Assembly: GCA_963663405.2 (NCBI GenBank)
Contig: CAXXSM010000021.1
Span: forward strand, 1 to 64,000
Source: a bacterium
GTDB taxonomy: Bacteria; Hinthialibacterota; Hinthialibacteria; Hinthialibacterales; Hinthialibacteraceae
DNA length: 64,000 nt
Direction of reading: 5' to 3'
The notes beneath the pieces were generated by a model. The model was not told the origin of the DNA and made no database searches. It worked only from the letters and a program-made list of their open reading frames with translations. Position 1 is the stretch's first letter. The number at the start of each line of letters is the position of its first letter. The position numbers and the translations under genes are program-made. Positions 50,809 through 62,513 of the stretch are shown here, in pieces.

Positions 50809-51713
50809 GATGGATCCTCTTGGTTCCCCACGAGACGCACAAAGATATCGTGCAAGGTGGGCGCCGCTTTTACGATGTTGTAGACATCGAGCCGGGTGGA
50901 TAACTCTCTAATCACATCGGGGATCGAAGCGTCTCCGTTAAGACGAAGCCGTAGACGATGATCTTGGTTGTCCTCGATCGCAACGCCGGGGATGGATTGG
51001 ATCGATTTTGAATCGCCTTGGTATTCAACAATCAGCCGGTCCTGCCCTTCCTCTTGTTGAATCGAATTCAGCGTACCATGCCGGATCACGCGCCCGCGGT
51101 GAATAAGAGTGAGGCTTTTACACAGTTGTTCAGCGTCTTCCATGCGGTGAGTGGAGATTATCACTGTGGCCCCTCGTTCTACCTCCTCATTGAGGATCTG
51201 TTTCATCCGATCGACGCCGATGGGATCGAGGCTGGTGAACGGTTCGTCCAGAACCAGGATATCGGGCTTGTGAAGCAGCGCGATCAACAATTGAATTCGC
51301 TGCTGATTGCCCTTCGAGAGTTCCTGAATTTTTTGGTTCAGTTCGCCTGTTAGTTCGATTCGCTTGATCCCTTCTTCGATACGGGAATCAATCTCTATCC
51401 GGGGGACGCCTTTGATCGCCGCGCAGTAATGAAGAAGATCGTAGACCTTCATTTTTTGATAGAGGCCCCGGTCTTCCGGGAGATAGCCGATCCGCTCTTT
51501 CAAGCGGATCGACCGGTCTCCATAGACATTCACACACCCTTCGTCTGGAGCGAAGATGCCGATGAGAATCCGCATCAGGGTGGTCTTCCCAGCCCCATTG
51601 GGGCCGAGAAGACCGAAGATTTCCTGCCGGGGCACGGTGAAAGAAACCCGATCCAACGCGAGGGTGTTCCGGAACCGTTTTGTTACCCCATCAATCTGTA
51701 TCGCGGCGTCCAT
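50805..51713 (-). CDS. ABC transporter ATP-binding protein (NatA/YhaQ-like)
   Basis: GPNGAGKTT, GYLPEDRGLY, LSKGNQQ, LDEPF, STH. Confidence 0.93.
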   Translation of the reverse strand: MDAAIQIDGVTKRFRNTLALDRVSFTVPRQEIFGLLGPNGAGKTTLMRILIGIFAPDEGCVNVYGDRSIRLKERIGYLPEDRGLYQKMKVYDLLHYCAAIKGVPRIEIDSRIEEGIKRIELTGELNQKIQELSKGNQQRIQLLIALLHKPDILVLDEPFTSLDPIGVDRMKQILNEEVERGATVIISTHRMEDAEQLCKSLTLIHRGRVIRHGTLNSIQQEEGQDRLIVEYQGDSKSIQSIPGVAIEDNQDHRLRLRLNGDASIPDVIRELSTRLDVYNIVKAAPTLHDIFVRLVGNQEDPS

Positions 51714-51732
51714 TGATAATCCTTTTGTTTTC

Positions 51733-53160
51733 TTAATTGGCCGTAAAAGACTCAATGATTTCATTAAACTGTGATTCGAGTTGTGGATACTCCGATGCAG
51801 GAACCGCGTCACAGAGAATCATATATAATACATCATCGATTTTAAACATGACGCTTTTCCGTTTCATGGAACCCAATCCATCGAGGGTGAATTCTTGTAT
51901 GCAGGTTTTTCCTTCCTGATCGCCTACAGTGATGGATTCGATCGGCCCGATTTTGAAATCTTTGGCCAGTTTTTCGATTCCTTTCCCTTCTTTTTCAAGA
52001 ATCTCTTCCAGCGGCGCGTCGATTTTCATTTCAACTCCTAAAAATCGGGCGACGCTGCCTCCTTTGGGGGGATTCATGTTGACGGTGAATAGAAACGCTT
52101 CTCCTAAAGCGGTCGTCTTTAACGTCCAACCTTCCGGCGCGGCGATCTGACAGCCGAGTTCATCGTTGTTGTAGATGCGGTCGGCGACTTCACCGGTGGC
52201 TTTCGCTTCCCGCACCTTGTTCGCGCCGTCTTTTTGGGCGTCCTCCGACAAGACAAACGAATCGAGAATCGACTGGAATTTCGGTTCCAATTGTTCCCAC
52301 TTTGAGGCGGGGACAGCGTCAAAGATAAACACATAGAGAAGCCCACCCGCTGTGAAATAGACATTCCGGCGTTTTCTCGCCTCTGCTTCATTACTAAACT
52401 GAAATTGGGAGACACATTCGAACGCTTCCAAATTCCCTACGGGTACTGGGCCGGTTCGGATCGATTGATGAGAATCACCGGCGATTCGTTTCACCGCCGC
52501 GTCATCGGCGAGAACGGCCTCTTTGGCGCCCACGTTATAGGGCAATTCCACATAAGCGAACATCCCGGTGAAACTGGCGTCGGAAGAGAGAAACGCCAAA
52601 CTTCCGGATAATGTAGGATGGACAGCGGGGATGATAATGAAATCGTTGGGAACCGAAAAAGAGATGCCAATCGTCTCATTTGAAAACCGCTTCCCCTGAA
52701 TATATTGGAACCGGTCTTTATTCACGGGAGTGTTGACGAGCAGTTTCAGTTCTCCGTTCTCTTCTTTTAAAAAATCAGCGCACATCTGTTTGTTGAGAAG
52801 CGTCCATTCTGAATCGCTTGTTTTTTTAACCTCTACGGTTTCTTCCTGAATCACTTGTATAAAGTTCTCAAAAGGTTCGATCCGTTCGATCTTGCAATTG
52901 AGCCGTATTCCATCGTTCTCCGAGAAGAGTTTCTTTATGATTTCAATAAAATCCTCCTTCTTCGGTCCAAACAACAGGCCTTTGTAATCGGAGGAATAGT
53001 AAGAGAAACAAGCGTCCACATCTTTAGCTAAAGTCGCTTGTTCCATGGAGTGATAGAACTGTTCAACTTTTTTATTCAATTCTTCATCCACTGTGAATCC
53101 AGTGGCAGCTGTGAATGCGATCAATAGGATACAGCCAAGCAGAATCCATATTTTTTTCAT
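51733..53160 (-). CDS. Exported protein (NTF2/SnoaL-like domain plus two PsbP-like repeats)
   Basis: Signal peptide; two repeats ending F..I..SF. Confidence 0.6.
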   Translation of the reverse strand: MKKIWILLGCILLIAFTAATGFTVDEELNKKVEQFYHSMEQATLAKDVDACFSYYSSDYKGLLFGPKKEDFIEIIKKLFSENDGIRLNCKIERIEPFENFIQVIQEETVEVKKTSDSEWTLLNKQMCADFLKEENGELKLLVNTPVNKDRFQYIQGKRFSNETIGISFSVPNDFIIIPAVHPTLSGSLAFLSSDASFTGMFAYVELPYNVGAKEAVLADDAAVKRIAGDSHQSIRTGPVPVGNLEAFECVSQFQFSNEAEARKRRNVYFTAGGLLYVFIFDAVPASKWEQLEPKFQSILDSFVLSEDAQKDGANKVREAKATGEVADRIYNNDELGCQIAAPEGWTLKTTALGEAFLFTVNMNPPKGGSVARFLGVEMKIDAPLEEILEKEGKGIEKLAKDFKIGPIESITVGDQEGKTCIQEFTLDGLGSMKRKSVMFKIDDVLYMILCDAVPASEYPQLESQFNEIIESFTAN

Positions 53161-53203
53161 TTTTTTATTCTCCTGTTCATGGTTATTAAGTATAAATTAG
53201 TTT

Positions 53204-53779
53204 TTAAATCCGCCCATTTTCAGAATCCTCCCGTTCGTTTGTCTCATTGTTCCCGTTTGAGGGAAGATGAGGATCCACGATGGGAACGAGAAGAAAGGCG
53301 CCCGAACCCAGCCACTCGCGTGGGAGAATTACGTTTCCATACGATGTGGGTATCGAATTCGGCTGGGGGACGATCGCCGCTTCCATCCCATTGGACGCGA
53401 TGTTCATATGGGATGGAGGGACAGTAACCGGCGTGGGCTTCCCCCATAAGAACAGGTTTAACAAGAGAGACGCGATGAACAGAATGGACGCAAGCGCGCC
53501 CACCGGCAGAGGAATCGAAAACCGCATCTGAATGAGCTCAAAAAAGATCTCTTTCAAACTTCGTTTCCGTTCAGGCGCCTCCGCTATCCGCGCCATGACG
53601 GTGAGTGTGAAATCTTCTGAAAATTCCGGCGCCTTCCATTCATCGAGCGCTTGTTCGAGCGACTCTTGTTTGCGCTGGAATTCCTGGCACGATTCACACG
53701 ATTTCCCATGCTGGATCAATTCTTCCGGCATGTGAGGATCGCCATAGGATTCTTGATAGCGGCGGCAAAGATCGTCCAT
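53204..53779 (-). CDS. Zinc-binding anti-sigma factor (ZAS, single TM)
   Basis: HGKSCESC (HxxxCxxC), one TM segment; directly downstream of the ECF sigma gene. Confidence 0.8.
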   Translation of the reverse strand: MDDLCRRYQESYGDPHMPEELIQHGKSCESCQEFQRKQESLEQALDEWKAPEFSEDFTLTVMARIAEAPERKRSLKEIFFELIQMRFSIPLPVGALASILFIASLLLNLFLWGKPTPVTVPPSHMNIASNGMEAAIVPQPNSIPTSYGNVILPREWLGSGAFLLVPIVDPHLPSNGNNETNEREDSENGRI

Positions 53780-53782
53780 TAT

Positions 53783-54376
53783 TCAGCTCCTGCCATCGGT
53801 TTCGATCGACGCGAGTTTTTCTTGCAGAAGAAGCCGCGCGCGGTGCAGCCGGGATTTCACAGTGCCTTCCGGACAGCCTGTGATCTGAGCGATCTCCTCC
53901 ACGGAAAGATATTGGTATTCCCGCAGAAGAAACACTTCCCGGTACATCGGTTCAAGACGGTTTACCGTGTCAGCGATAATCCGCTCCGTTTCCCGCCGCA
54001 GCGCGGTTCCGCGTGGATTGGTCTCCGCGTCGATTGAAAATTCGTCCAGTTCCCGCAGACTCACGGATTGTAATTGTTTCTTTCGTAATTCGTCCAGGCA
54101 CAGATTCCGCGCCAGGGTGTACAACCAAGTGGTAAAGGCGGCCTTTACGGGATCGTACGAGTCAAGACGCTGGTACGCGCGCAGAAACACCTCCTGACCT
54201 AGATCCTCCGCCCATTCCCTATTTTGTGTCATCCGATACAAAAAACCGAGAACTTTGTCCCGCAGGGCTTGTACGACTTTGGCGAAAGCTCGTGTATGGC
54301 CGTTTTGGCATTGTTCGATCCATTCTTGGATCAACTGCGCCTCTCTGTTATCCCGTTCATCCTGGTTATACGGCAT
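53783..54376 (-). CDS. ECF sigma-70 factor (true start may be TTG at 54334)
   Basis: AEDLGQEVFLRAY, FTTWLYTLARNLCLD, EIAQITGCPEGTVKSRLHRAR. Confidence 0.93.
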   Translation of the reverse strand: MPYNQDERDNREAQLIQEWIEQCQNGHTRAFAKVVQALRDKVLGFLYRMTQNREWAEDLGQEVFLRAYQRLDSYDPVKAAFTTWLYTLARNLCLDELRKKQLQSVSLRELDEFSIDAETNPRGTALRRETERIIADTVNRLEPMYREVFLLREYQYLSVEEIAQITGCPEGTVKSRLHRARLLLQEKLASIETDGRS

Positions 54377-54394
54377 CCGTGTGTCCAAGGTTCC
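54367..54394 (-). promoter_or_regulatory. Autoregulatory ECF promoter GGAACC-N16-CGTATA
   Basis: ECF consensus at the 5' end of the sigma gene. Confidence 0.55.
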
Positions 54395-54641
54395 TGAAAA
54401 ATGAAAAAAATCTGTTTTCTGGTCAATCCCAAATCCATGATCGGTCAAGATGGAAACGAAAAGTTGTTTCAAGACACGATCTATGACTCACTTCCGCAAT
54501 ACGGCTTTCATTCTGGATTTATTTCATTTTTGTCTTGGATTTGAGAGAAGGATAGTTTTCAAAATGGGGAATGATTATTATGAACTTGGAGTTGCTGAAT
54601 ATTTTATGAATTACTATTGGATCGGATAGCGCGCAGGATTG

Positions 54642-55860
54642 TTATAAAGAATTCCACTTCGCGGTTTGGTTGGTTCTATACGCGATATTTCCCAGATGCG
54701 CGCCGCTGGCCGCGCTGACGCCGGCTTCAGCGGGGGCGTAGGGTTTTTGACGGCTGCGGACGCAATCGAGCCAGTTCGTGAGATGTAATAAACTGCCGTT
54801 GGGATTGCTGTAAAAATCCGCGCCCCGCTTGCCTTGACCGAGAATCCATTCTTGATACGTTCCCGCTTCCCGTTCCGGGTGGATTTCATATCGCCCCCGG
54901 TCCATGTATAACGTAGCCTCGGTTCCCATAAATTCCATCATGGCGGCGTTGCGGGCGTTGATGAAAGTGCCCTCGAAATAGATCTGCAGTTTCTTTTCCG
55001 GATAATGAAGCAAGGTTTGGATTGTATCCGGCGTTTCCCAAATCCCTTCCGCGTAGATATTGTCACCGATTGTACACGCTTCTGTGGGATGATCGACTTC
55101 GCAGAACCAGTGCGCCACATCAAGGTAATGCACCATCAGATCCGTCAAAATCCCCCCCGCCGAAATCCCAGTAAAAACGCCAGTTGCGGAATTTATGTTC
55201 GTCAAACGGCTGGTCCGGCGCGGGGCCGAGGAATTGTTTCCAATCCAGGTCGCCCGGATTGATTCCATATGTATGTTTTTCTTTCGTCGGGCTGTTCCGA
55301 TTCCATGTAAGGTGAACTTTATGCACCTTACCCAAGGCGCCGGATTTCATGATCTCATGGGCTTTCCGAATTTGTGGCATGCTTCGCTGCTGCATGCCCA
55401 CTTGGACGATTCGTTTGTGTTTGTTTTGGGCTTCAACAACACGGGCGCCTTCAGAAAGATCATGTGTAAGGGGTTTTTCAACGTACACGTCTTTCCCCGC
55501 TTCACAGGCGTCAACCGTCATTGGGACATGCAGGTGATCAGGGCTTGCGATAATGACGGCGTCGATGGATTGGTTCTCCAAAATGTCATGATAGTTTTTT
55601 GTGGTGGATACGTCCGGTCCGGCCAATTCCTTTGCGGCCATGAGATTATGATCCCAAAGATCGCACACCGCCACGATCCGCGCGCTGAGAATCTCTTTCA
55701 GGTCTGTCATCAGGCGGCGGCAGCGTCCCCCTGTGCCAATACAGCCGATTTGAATCCTATCGTTCGCTCCCATTCCAGAGCGGCTCAGCGCGGTTATCGT
55801 CACCGCCGTTCCGGCGCCGGCGCGTTGAATGAAACTTCTCCTATGTATTGCCTTTCCCAT
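54642..55860 (-). CDS. Tat-exported Gfo/Idh/MocA oxidoreductase (extra G in G7 run 55152-58)
   Basis: HRRSFIQ, IGTGGR, SPDHLH, GKDVYVEKP; removing one G gives WDFGGGILTDLMVH. Confidence 0.88.
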
Positions 55861-55914
55861 AATCCACTTCTCCCTTTCGATTACTCATAGTTCATTTGTA
55901 TGGAAAGAATAAAC

Positions 55915-56448
55915 TTATTCCCATCCCCCACCACCGATCTGATACATATCTCCCCGGCTGCGAAGCCCGTTCGAGATATCATAGCCGAAGCCACCCCAAT
56001 TCTGATCGGGGCCAACACCGTAAACGACCCATCCCCCGCCAGCCGCTTTTTGATATTCCGGCGTACGTTCGTACCCCGTTCCGAGCAGTTCGCGGAGAAA
56101 CGAACGGCCTTCCTGAAATTTATGAAAGTGTAAAAATCCATAAGCGAAAAACGTCCGCAGCTGTTCTTCCGTTTGGAAGGGATCGGTTGGCCGGGTCGCC
56201 GTATAGGCGATTGGGGTTGTGAGCCACCAATTCTGGCGGGGAGTGTCCGTATGAATCGGCAGTTTTCCGTTGTCGATACGGTACGAAGCGATTCCCACTT
56301 CCATGACACGAAGATGTTCTCTCGTCATGGCGAGTTTCGCCCGGACTTGCGCGTTCAGAAAATTGGGGACTGCGATTGCGGCCAAGATTCCAATAATCGC
56401 GACAACAATGAGTAATTCAATCAATGTAAATCCATTTTGGGTTTTCAT
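55915..56448 (-). CDS. Type IV pilin/pseudopilin (N-methylation domain) protein
   Basis: G-FTLIELLIVVAIIGILAAIAVPNFLNAQ; LTTPIAY, DPF, GVGPD, YDISNGLRSRGD. Confidence 0.9.
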   Translation of the reverse strand: MKTQNGFTLIELLIVVAIIGILAAIAVPNFLNAQVRAKLAMTREHLRVMEVGIASYRIDNGKLPIHTDTPRQNWWLTTPIAYTATRPTDPFQTEEQLRTFFAYGFLHFHKFQEGRSFLRELLGTGYERTPEYQKAAGGGWVVYGVGPDQNWGGFGYDISNGLRSRGDMYQIGGGGWE

Positions 56449-56475
56449 TGGTTCTCTCTCAGTCGTTAAAATGGC

Positions 56476-56509
56476 AAAAAGGGGTAGGCATACAACCTAC
56501 CCCTTTTTT
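56476..56509. terminator. Bidirectional rho-independent terminator
   Basis: AAAAAGGGGTAGG-N7-CCTACCCCTTTTTT. Confidence 0.75.
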
Positions 56510-56529
56510 ATCCTCGATTTTTCTGATTT

Positions 56530-57921
56530 TTAATACAAGGCCCAATCTTGTACGGACGTGACGAAGGGGGATTCAAAAATACGCACGACCGTTTCTTGGA
56601 TACCGAGTTCGTTCATGTTCCCGTCTTGCCAGGCGACTGCGACTAATCCATTACGCATCGCTACACGGGGTTCACTGTCAATATAAGCAAAATTCGCTAA
56701 CGCCGCGTCGAGATCCGACGCCGCAGAAGAGACAACGAATGGGGGGGTGAAAGGAGTTCCATCCGCATTGAAGAACCGCGCTGCAATGATGGAGATGTCT
56801 TCGAAATAATCAAAGAGCGACGTGTCTTTATATACGAGCACAAAATTCCCATTTTCATCGATAGCGCCATCTACACGGCCCGCGCCTATTCCAAAGTCTG
56901 GATCTGGTTCATCCGCGTCGATTGGATCAAATTTCATTTGGCCTGTGTTATCGAAAACTGTGGCGATACAGCGCTTGCCTGTTTGAGTAGCAAGGAGATA
57001 ATCTCCATTACCATTACCGTGCCAGCCCGTGTCATCGCCGCGTCCGCCGGAATTGAGATCGCCTTCCAGGGCGATTTCGTCCGTAAGAGGATTCAGATCG
57101 TTGTCAAAGAAGCGAATCTTTACGCCATCCGCGCTGTAGCGCACGCCGAAACCATTTTGATCGGTCGCCACGCCATGCCACATTTCACCGCGGGCGTCCG
57201 CTTGCTGAACCGCGATCGGTCCGGCGATGACAGTGCGATCCGGCGCAACAATTCCACCGATCACAACCCGGTCCGCGTTGGGAAGGCCAAGATTAGGGCC
57301 GTCATCCGCTTGCCGGTCTTCACCGATTACGACAATGTTTCCATTACTCAGAAGTTCGGCGTCACCAACTCGAATGGCGCCATCTCGTTGCAGGAAATCG
57401 ATGGAAAATCCAGGAATGATTGCGCCGTTGAAGGTTCCATCATTGTTGATGATCTGAATCGCGGGCTCATCATCGCTGCCGATCTGTTCCAAGGAAGGAA
57501 TTTTATTCAGTGGATCATCTGCCCCAATCCAATCCCAGAAAGAAGAGGCGAATGTCGCGCCATCGCCATACAGGTTGGCGTGAATTTTTGGTCCCCAGCC
57601 GCCGTTGGCCGCTGTTGGTGTGCCATCATCATTCGCATAGGCGAGAATATCCGTGGTGACGCGATTTCCAGCGCTATCTATCATCACCCAGCCAGCGGCG
57701 ATATCGGCGTCGTCATCTTCCCAGCCAATGATGACATTGCCATTCGACAGAATCGCAACGCCAATACTCTCCAATCCTCCTCCATTGATGATTGGATTGT
57801 CATCATTCAATACGATATTGTCAGTAAGAGCGGTGACTCCAGCGTCAGTGACGGAAACCGGCTCCGCGAAAACGGAGACAGGAGCCATCAGAGCGAGCGC
57901 AAAAATAAAAATCTTTTTCAT
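56530..57921 (-). CDS. Acidic secreted protein with C-terminal TSVQDWALY tail
   Basis: Signal peptide VFA; repeated beta units; similar to 10416-11915. Confidence 0.78.
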   Translation of the reverse strand: MKKIFIFALALMAPVSVFAEPVSVTDAGVTALTDNIVLNDDNPIINGGGLESIGVAILSNGNVIIGWEDDDADIAAGWVMIDSAGNRVTTDILAYANDDGTPTAANGGWGPKIHANLYGDGATFASSFWDWIGADDPLNKIPSLEQIGSDDEPAIQIINNDGTFNGAIIPGFSIDFLQRDGAIRVGDAELLSNGNIVVIGEDRQADDGPNLGLPNADRVVIGGIVAPDRTVIAGPIAVQQADARGEMWHGVATDQNGFGVRYSADGVKIRFFDNDLNPLTDEIALEGDLNSGGRGDDTGWHGNGNGDYLLATQTGKRCIATVFDNTGQMKFDPIDADEPDPDFGIGAGRVDGAIDENGNFVLVYKDTSLFDYFEDISIIAARFFNADGTPFTPPFVVSSAASDLDAALANFAYIDSEPRVAMRNGLVAVAWQDGNMNELGIQETVVRIFESPFVTSVQDWALY

Positions 57922-58192
57922 TATACATCTCCTGAGTTCAAATTTTTTAGTGCAAATATCAATCTATTGTTCTATTGATCGGCCATTAAATATTAAAATA
58001 TCACCTCCTATTCTTCTTATGTCTATCGTGCAGGGCCTATTGAGGCCGCCACATCTTGTAATTAAAAAATGCATTTTACCCTATACCAGGGAAAATATAA
58101 AGAATAAAAATGAATCGCGCAAGTGTACTTTTAGAAATAAATAAAATACGAATATAAATATAGTTATTTATAATAGCATCGAAATAAGAGAA

Positions 58193-58213
58193 GGGGCGGG
58201 AAATTCCCGCCCC
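58193..58213 (-). terminator. Terminator hairpin after the VIT/vWA gene
   Basis: GGGGCGGGA-AAT-TCCCGCCCC stem with T-rich tail on the minus strand. Confidence 0.6.
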
Positions 58214-58246
58214 AACATCGAGTTGAGAAGAGAGGAGTGGTTCCTC

Positions 58247-60655
58247 TTATGTTTTTTCCGTCAGTTGTTTCAATTGTTCCTTTGTCAATTTCTCCAATCC
58301 CTTTTCCGTAATTTCCACCATAAAGCCGTTTTGAACAAAGGAGATATTTGAACCAAGCGCCAGAATGTTCGACACATCCTTGGAAATATTCGCCAGTTGG
58401 AAATAGGCTTCGCTGTACGGTTTGACCTGGATGACTTTCTTCTTCTCTTTGGCGTCGTATTGGGTGGAGATCCAATTCGGCCCTTCTTGGAAGAACGCTT
58501 GATTGCCAACGTAACGCACTCCACGTATTTGCTGTATGCTCTTTCCGCCTTGATCGCCATACGTGACGATACGGTTCTGGGTGGACATGGATTGCGCATT
58601 CTGCAGTTGCTCTTGAACCAATTCGGAATTCTCCACGGCGATTTTACCCGATGATGTTTGAAGTTTGTCGCCAAACCGTCTCGTATAATACGAATACGCC
58701 TCTTTCTTCTCCGCTTCTGTCCGCGGCTGGGCGGGTTGCGCTACTCCACTTTGATTCATGGGAGCTGAATCCGCCATCCCCATTCCCCCGCCGAATCCAA
58801 AGCCGCCTCGCTGTTCTCCTCTTCCTAGCCCTTCGGTTGTATATCCCAATGCGCGAAGCCGAGTGAGATTATGCCGGCCACCTGGGGGAGCCGGAGCCAA
58901 AGCGAGAGGCGTGTCTTCCTGCACGAGAAATGCGGTGTATTCGGTGAGAATGCCGTATTTTTTTGCTTAATCGTATCACCTCATCAGTCAGTTCCTTGTC
59001 TTTTCCATGCAGCCGGATCTCATCCATCAAGTAACCGATCCGCCGGGCGCCCCATAGCCGGGGGATGTAATCCAGATCGTCATTCTCTTTTGTAAACCGG
59101 AATTCATCGCTGAACCGCCGTTTTTCTCCATTCGTTTTGCCAGTGAGAGTGATCGTTCCTTCTCCGCCATCTTCGTAGCGTCCCAGCACAACCAGCTGCG
59201 AGCCGCTGAAAAGATCGGGCAGCTCGTTCGGATAGACTTTCGATACATCGATATCCTCGAAATCCAATTTCAGATCGGCAAGAACCGGATTCGCGATTTT
59301 TGAATACAGAGAGGAAACGATCACTTCAATATCTTCATTCGGCTTCACATATTTCGCCAAACCTTTGTTCTTCTGCGACATCCCATCCAGTAAATGCGTA
59401 TTCACGTTGAAACCAACGCCGAAGACGAAAATCCGGCATTTTTCTTCGTTCCATTTCCCTATATGTTCTAAAATTGTTTCCGGTTTCGTCTCACCCGCTG
59501 TCGGCCGTCCGTCAGTGAGAAAAAGAATGTAGGTCTGCCGTTCGTCCTCCCGGTCTTCGATCAAACCGAACGCTTCTTTCATTGCGCCGTCGATGTTGGT
59601 GCCGCCCTGCGCCTTGATCTCTTTAATCTTTGAACACGCTTCGTCAATTTCATCGTCTTTCGCGCGGGTGAGGGAGTCCGTGAGACAGTCGATCTCGTCG
59701 CTGAAGGTCACAATCGCGAAATTGTCTTTCCGGTTGAGGCTGCGCAGACAGAATTCCAGCGCTTCCTTCGCTTGATCAATTTTCTTATCGCTTCGCATAC
59801 TGCCTGATCGGTCAAGCACGAAGACTACGTTTTTCGGATTGATCTCATCCGGTTTTGGAATCGAGGGCGCCGCCAGGAGAAGGAAGAAACCCTTTTCATC
59901 ATCATCTTCTTTATATGTGAACAGATTCAAGCCGACTGGGTCTTTTGAGATCGAAAAGATCAGCTGAAAATCTTCATCGGGAACCACGTTCTCATCGCTG
60001 AATTTGATTTTCGCTTCATGTTCTTCTTCGCGTTTAGACGTGATATCGTGACTGGGTGAGTAGATGTTCCGGATTGGGTCCTGCGAATTCACATTCACGG
60101 CGATTTTCAGGAACTCAATCGGTATTTTGCAGATATGATTAGTGGCCAGCGCGAATTGGTAGCGGCAGACTCCGGCGTCGTACGAAAGGATCTCCTCATA
60201 CCGGATTTGAATCTTCTTATCCTTTTTCGGTTCGATAGGGAACACTCGCGCGCGGATCAATCCCTTGCCCACGTATGAAAGGATTCCCGGATCGCGCTGC
60301 TTGCGCACGATCGATTGATAAATCGTCTCCGCTTCTTTTTTTCAAAAATCTCCGCTTTGGTCTGTTCTCCATCGACTTTCATCGAGAATTTGGAAATATT
60401 CGCCCCGATCGGCACGGGCAGTACGTAGGTTCCTTCCATCTGGTGATTGTGTGGATTGTGAAACACTTGGATGATTTCCGTTACCGCCACCTGATCTTCG
60501 ATGGACGTTTTCACCTCAAAGCGTTTGATTGGAAGAGAAACTCCCCAGCGATTATCCTCGATTCGCTCCCCAATAATCAATCCCTGCGCGAATCCAGTCT
60601 GACAGATCGTTCCAATGGCGAGAAATACGGCGAAAACAACAGTGATCCGTTTCAT
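58247..60655 (-). CDS. Secreted VIT + von Willebrand A domain protein (two homopolymer indels)
   Basis: EGTYVLPVP (VIT), VFVLDRSGSM (MIDAS), GGTNI, FLTDG, RLWGARRIGYL; shifts at A7 runs 60336-42 and 58958-64. Confidence 0.88.
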
Positions 60656-61061
60656 GATACACGGCCTCCCATTCAGGATGGTTGTCTTGGCTAATTCAAC
60701 GTTTCGTTGAGAGAAAAGTTTTTTGTGGAATCGAATTTTTCCGCAATCGCAACGTCATCAAAGATGATATGATTAAATTCTCTTTTGTGTTGTCTCCTCC
60801 ACTAAGAAACATGTAAAACAGTGGTTGAGACAAGAACAATAATGTTAAAATTTAAAATAGATCTATTATTATAATATAATATTAATAGTATATATTATAT
60901 ATTCAATGAAAAATATTTGCTTATTTTGTTTGTCTGGATTGACAGAATTGAATATATATAATTATTATCGATCTATCGAATCCATGTATGGAAAATCAAG
61001 GTTGAAAGACGGATTTCAAGCGTAATCTTTCAAAAATCGCACAGCCGAAAGGATAAATCCT

Positions 61062-62396
61062 ATGGTCTCTATCCAAAATCCTGTCATAGTGATTCCAGGG
61101 ATTACAGCGTCAACTCTTCATGATGATTACCCAATGAAAACAGAAGATGTATGGTCTATGGTTTTTAACAAGGATTATAGGCGTATCGCGCCGCATCCAG
61201 ATAATCTCAAATATGAAGCTCTTGAACCAGCGCTTATTCACGCTGGCAGGCTATTTGCGTTGTATGATGATCTCATCAATCAATTACGGTATGAACTGTC
61301 CGAAACAGCTGATAGACCGACTCCTGTTTTCCCTTTTCCATACGATTGGCGGCGTGATATTAGAGAGACGGCAAAAGAATTGCGTGTTTTTGTTGAAGAA
61401 GTCATTGATCGAACTAAATTACTCCGTCACTATGCGAACTATTCTGGAAAAATAAACCTTGTTGGCCATTCCATGGGAGGTTTGATTATTTGTGAATATC
61501 TCCGCCAATTCGGAAACGACAATCGGGTCGATAAGATTGCTACATTGGGAACTCCTTTTATGGGCTCGATCGAGGCCGTAGTGAAGATTACGACAGGAAT
61601 GAGTCTTCTGGCGGGAAGCCGGCCCAGTGAACGCGAAAGAGAAGCGGCAAGAGTAACACCGGCTGTATATCAGCTCTTGCCCTCGTATAAGAATGCCATT
61701 GTTACCAAGAAGAAAGATGGGACAATTGAAAAAGAAGTGTCTCTGTTTCAACCGGATAATTGGCAATATGGAATTTTGGAAAGCTTGGCGGAGTATATAC
61801 GCCTTCACTCTGTGACTGACTACAAGACAAAGAAAGATCAATTCAAAAAGGCTGAGGGAACTTTAAAAAATCTTCTCTCCGCGGTGGAAGATCACCGGAA
61901 TGGAGTTAAGAGTCTAAAACTGGATTCGCTGGGGCTTTCGGATGAAAAATGGCTTGCCATTGTTGGATTAGGGGAAAAAACGCGTCTTCAAATTACAATT
62001 AACAACATTCAAAATAAGAAAAAACTGCGATTTGAACTGTCAGAAGATCAGTTTATTAATGAATGGGAATATACTAAAGAGAAACATGATATGGAGAATA
62101 CTGGAGATGCGACCGTTCCGTTTAAAGGCGCATGTCCGCCATTTAAAGGTATTGATAAAAATCAGCTCGTTTGTGTGAGTGAGAAAGATTTAGGATTCTG
62201 GGAATTAAGAGATCGAGCATCAGAGGATATCATCGGTCTTCACGGTCTTTTACCGAGAATTAATCTCGTTCAACGGCTTATTGTTAAGCATTTTTACCCG
62301 TCTTATAAAGGGAAAACTTGGGGGATGCCTGCGCCAGGCGCATATGATGATTGGAAGCCTCCAATTGCCAATTTAGTAAAGAAAAAATTAGATTAA
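61062..62396 (+). CDS. Alpha/beta-hydrolase, LCAT/phospholipase-like
   Basis: PVIVIPGITAS, FPYDWR, VGHSMGG, LGTPFMGS, GDATVP, HG. Confidence 0.85.
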   Translation: MVSIQNPVIVIPGITASTLHDDYPMKTEDVWSMVFNKDYRRIAPHPDNLKYEALEPALIHAGRLFALYDDLINQLRYELSETADRPTPVFPFPYDWRRDIRETAKELRVFVEEVIDRTKLLRHYANYSGKINLVGHSMGGLIICEYLRQFGNDNRVDKIATLGTPFMGSIEAVVKITTGMSLLAGSRPSEREREAARVTPAVYQLLPSYKNAIVTKKKDGTIEKEVSLFQPDNWQYGILESLAEYIRLHSVTDYKTKKDQFKKAEGTLKNLLSAVEDHRNGVKSLKLDSLGLSDEKWLAIVGLGEKTRLQITINNIQNKKKLRFELSEDQFINEWEYTKEKHDMENTGDATVPFKGACPPFKGIDKNQLVCVSEKDLGFWELRDRASEDIIGLHGLLPRINLVQRLIVKHFYPSYKGKTWGMPAPGAYDDWKPPIANLVKKKLD

Positions 62397-62513
62397 GAAT
62401 TTCTGGCAGGCAGAAAATTCGATCTCGAATGTCCTGTTATTAAAAATGCCTCTTCATCTGAATTGATACGCCAATGCCCGTCCAGCTTACAATCCAGCAT
62501 GCCGAACCATATT

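Noticed and set aside
56938-57978. 346-aa plus-strand ORF and similar antisense ORFs
   Set aside because: These are antisense shadows of well-supported genes and contain no recognisable motifs.
31815-60345. Frameshifts in GH95, the oxidoreductase and VIT/vWA (also the LRR and hydrolase genes) as programmed or phase-variable events
   Set aside because: Those I traced are single-base changes in short homopolymers (T3, G7, A7), and indels also hit housekeeping queD/queE. Long-read assembly error is the simplest explanation; read-level checking is needed.
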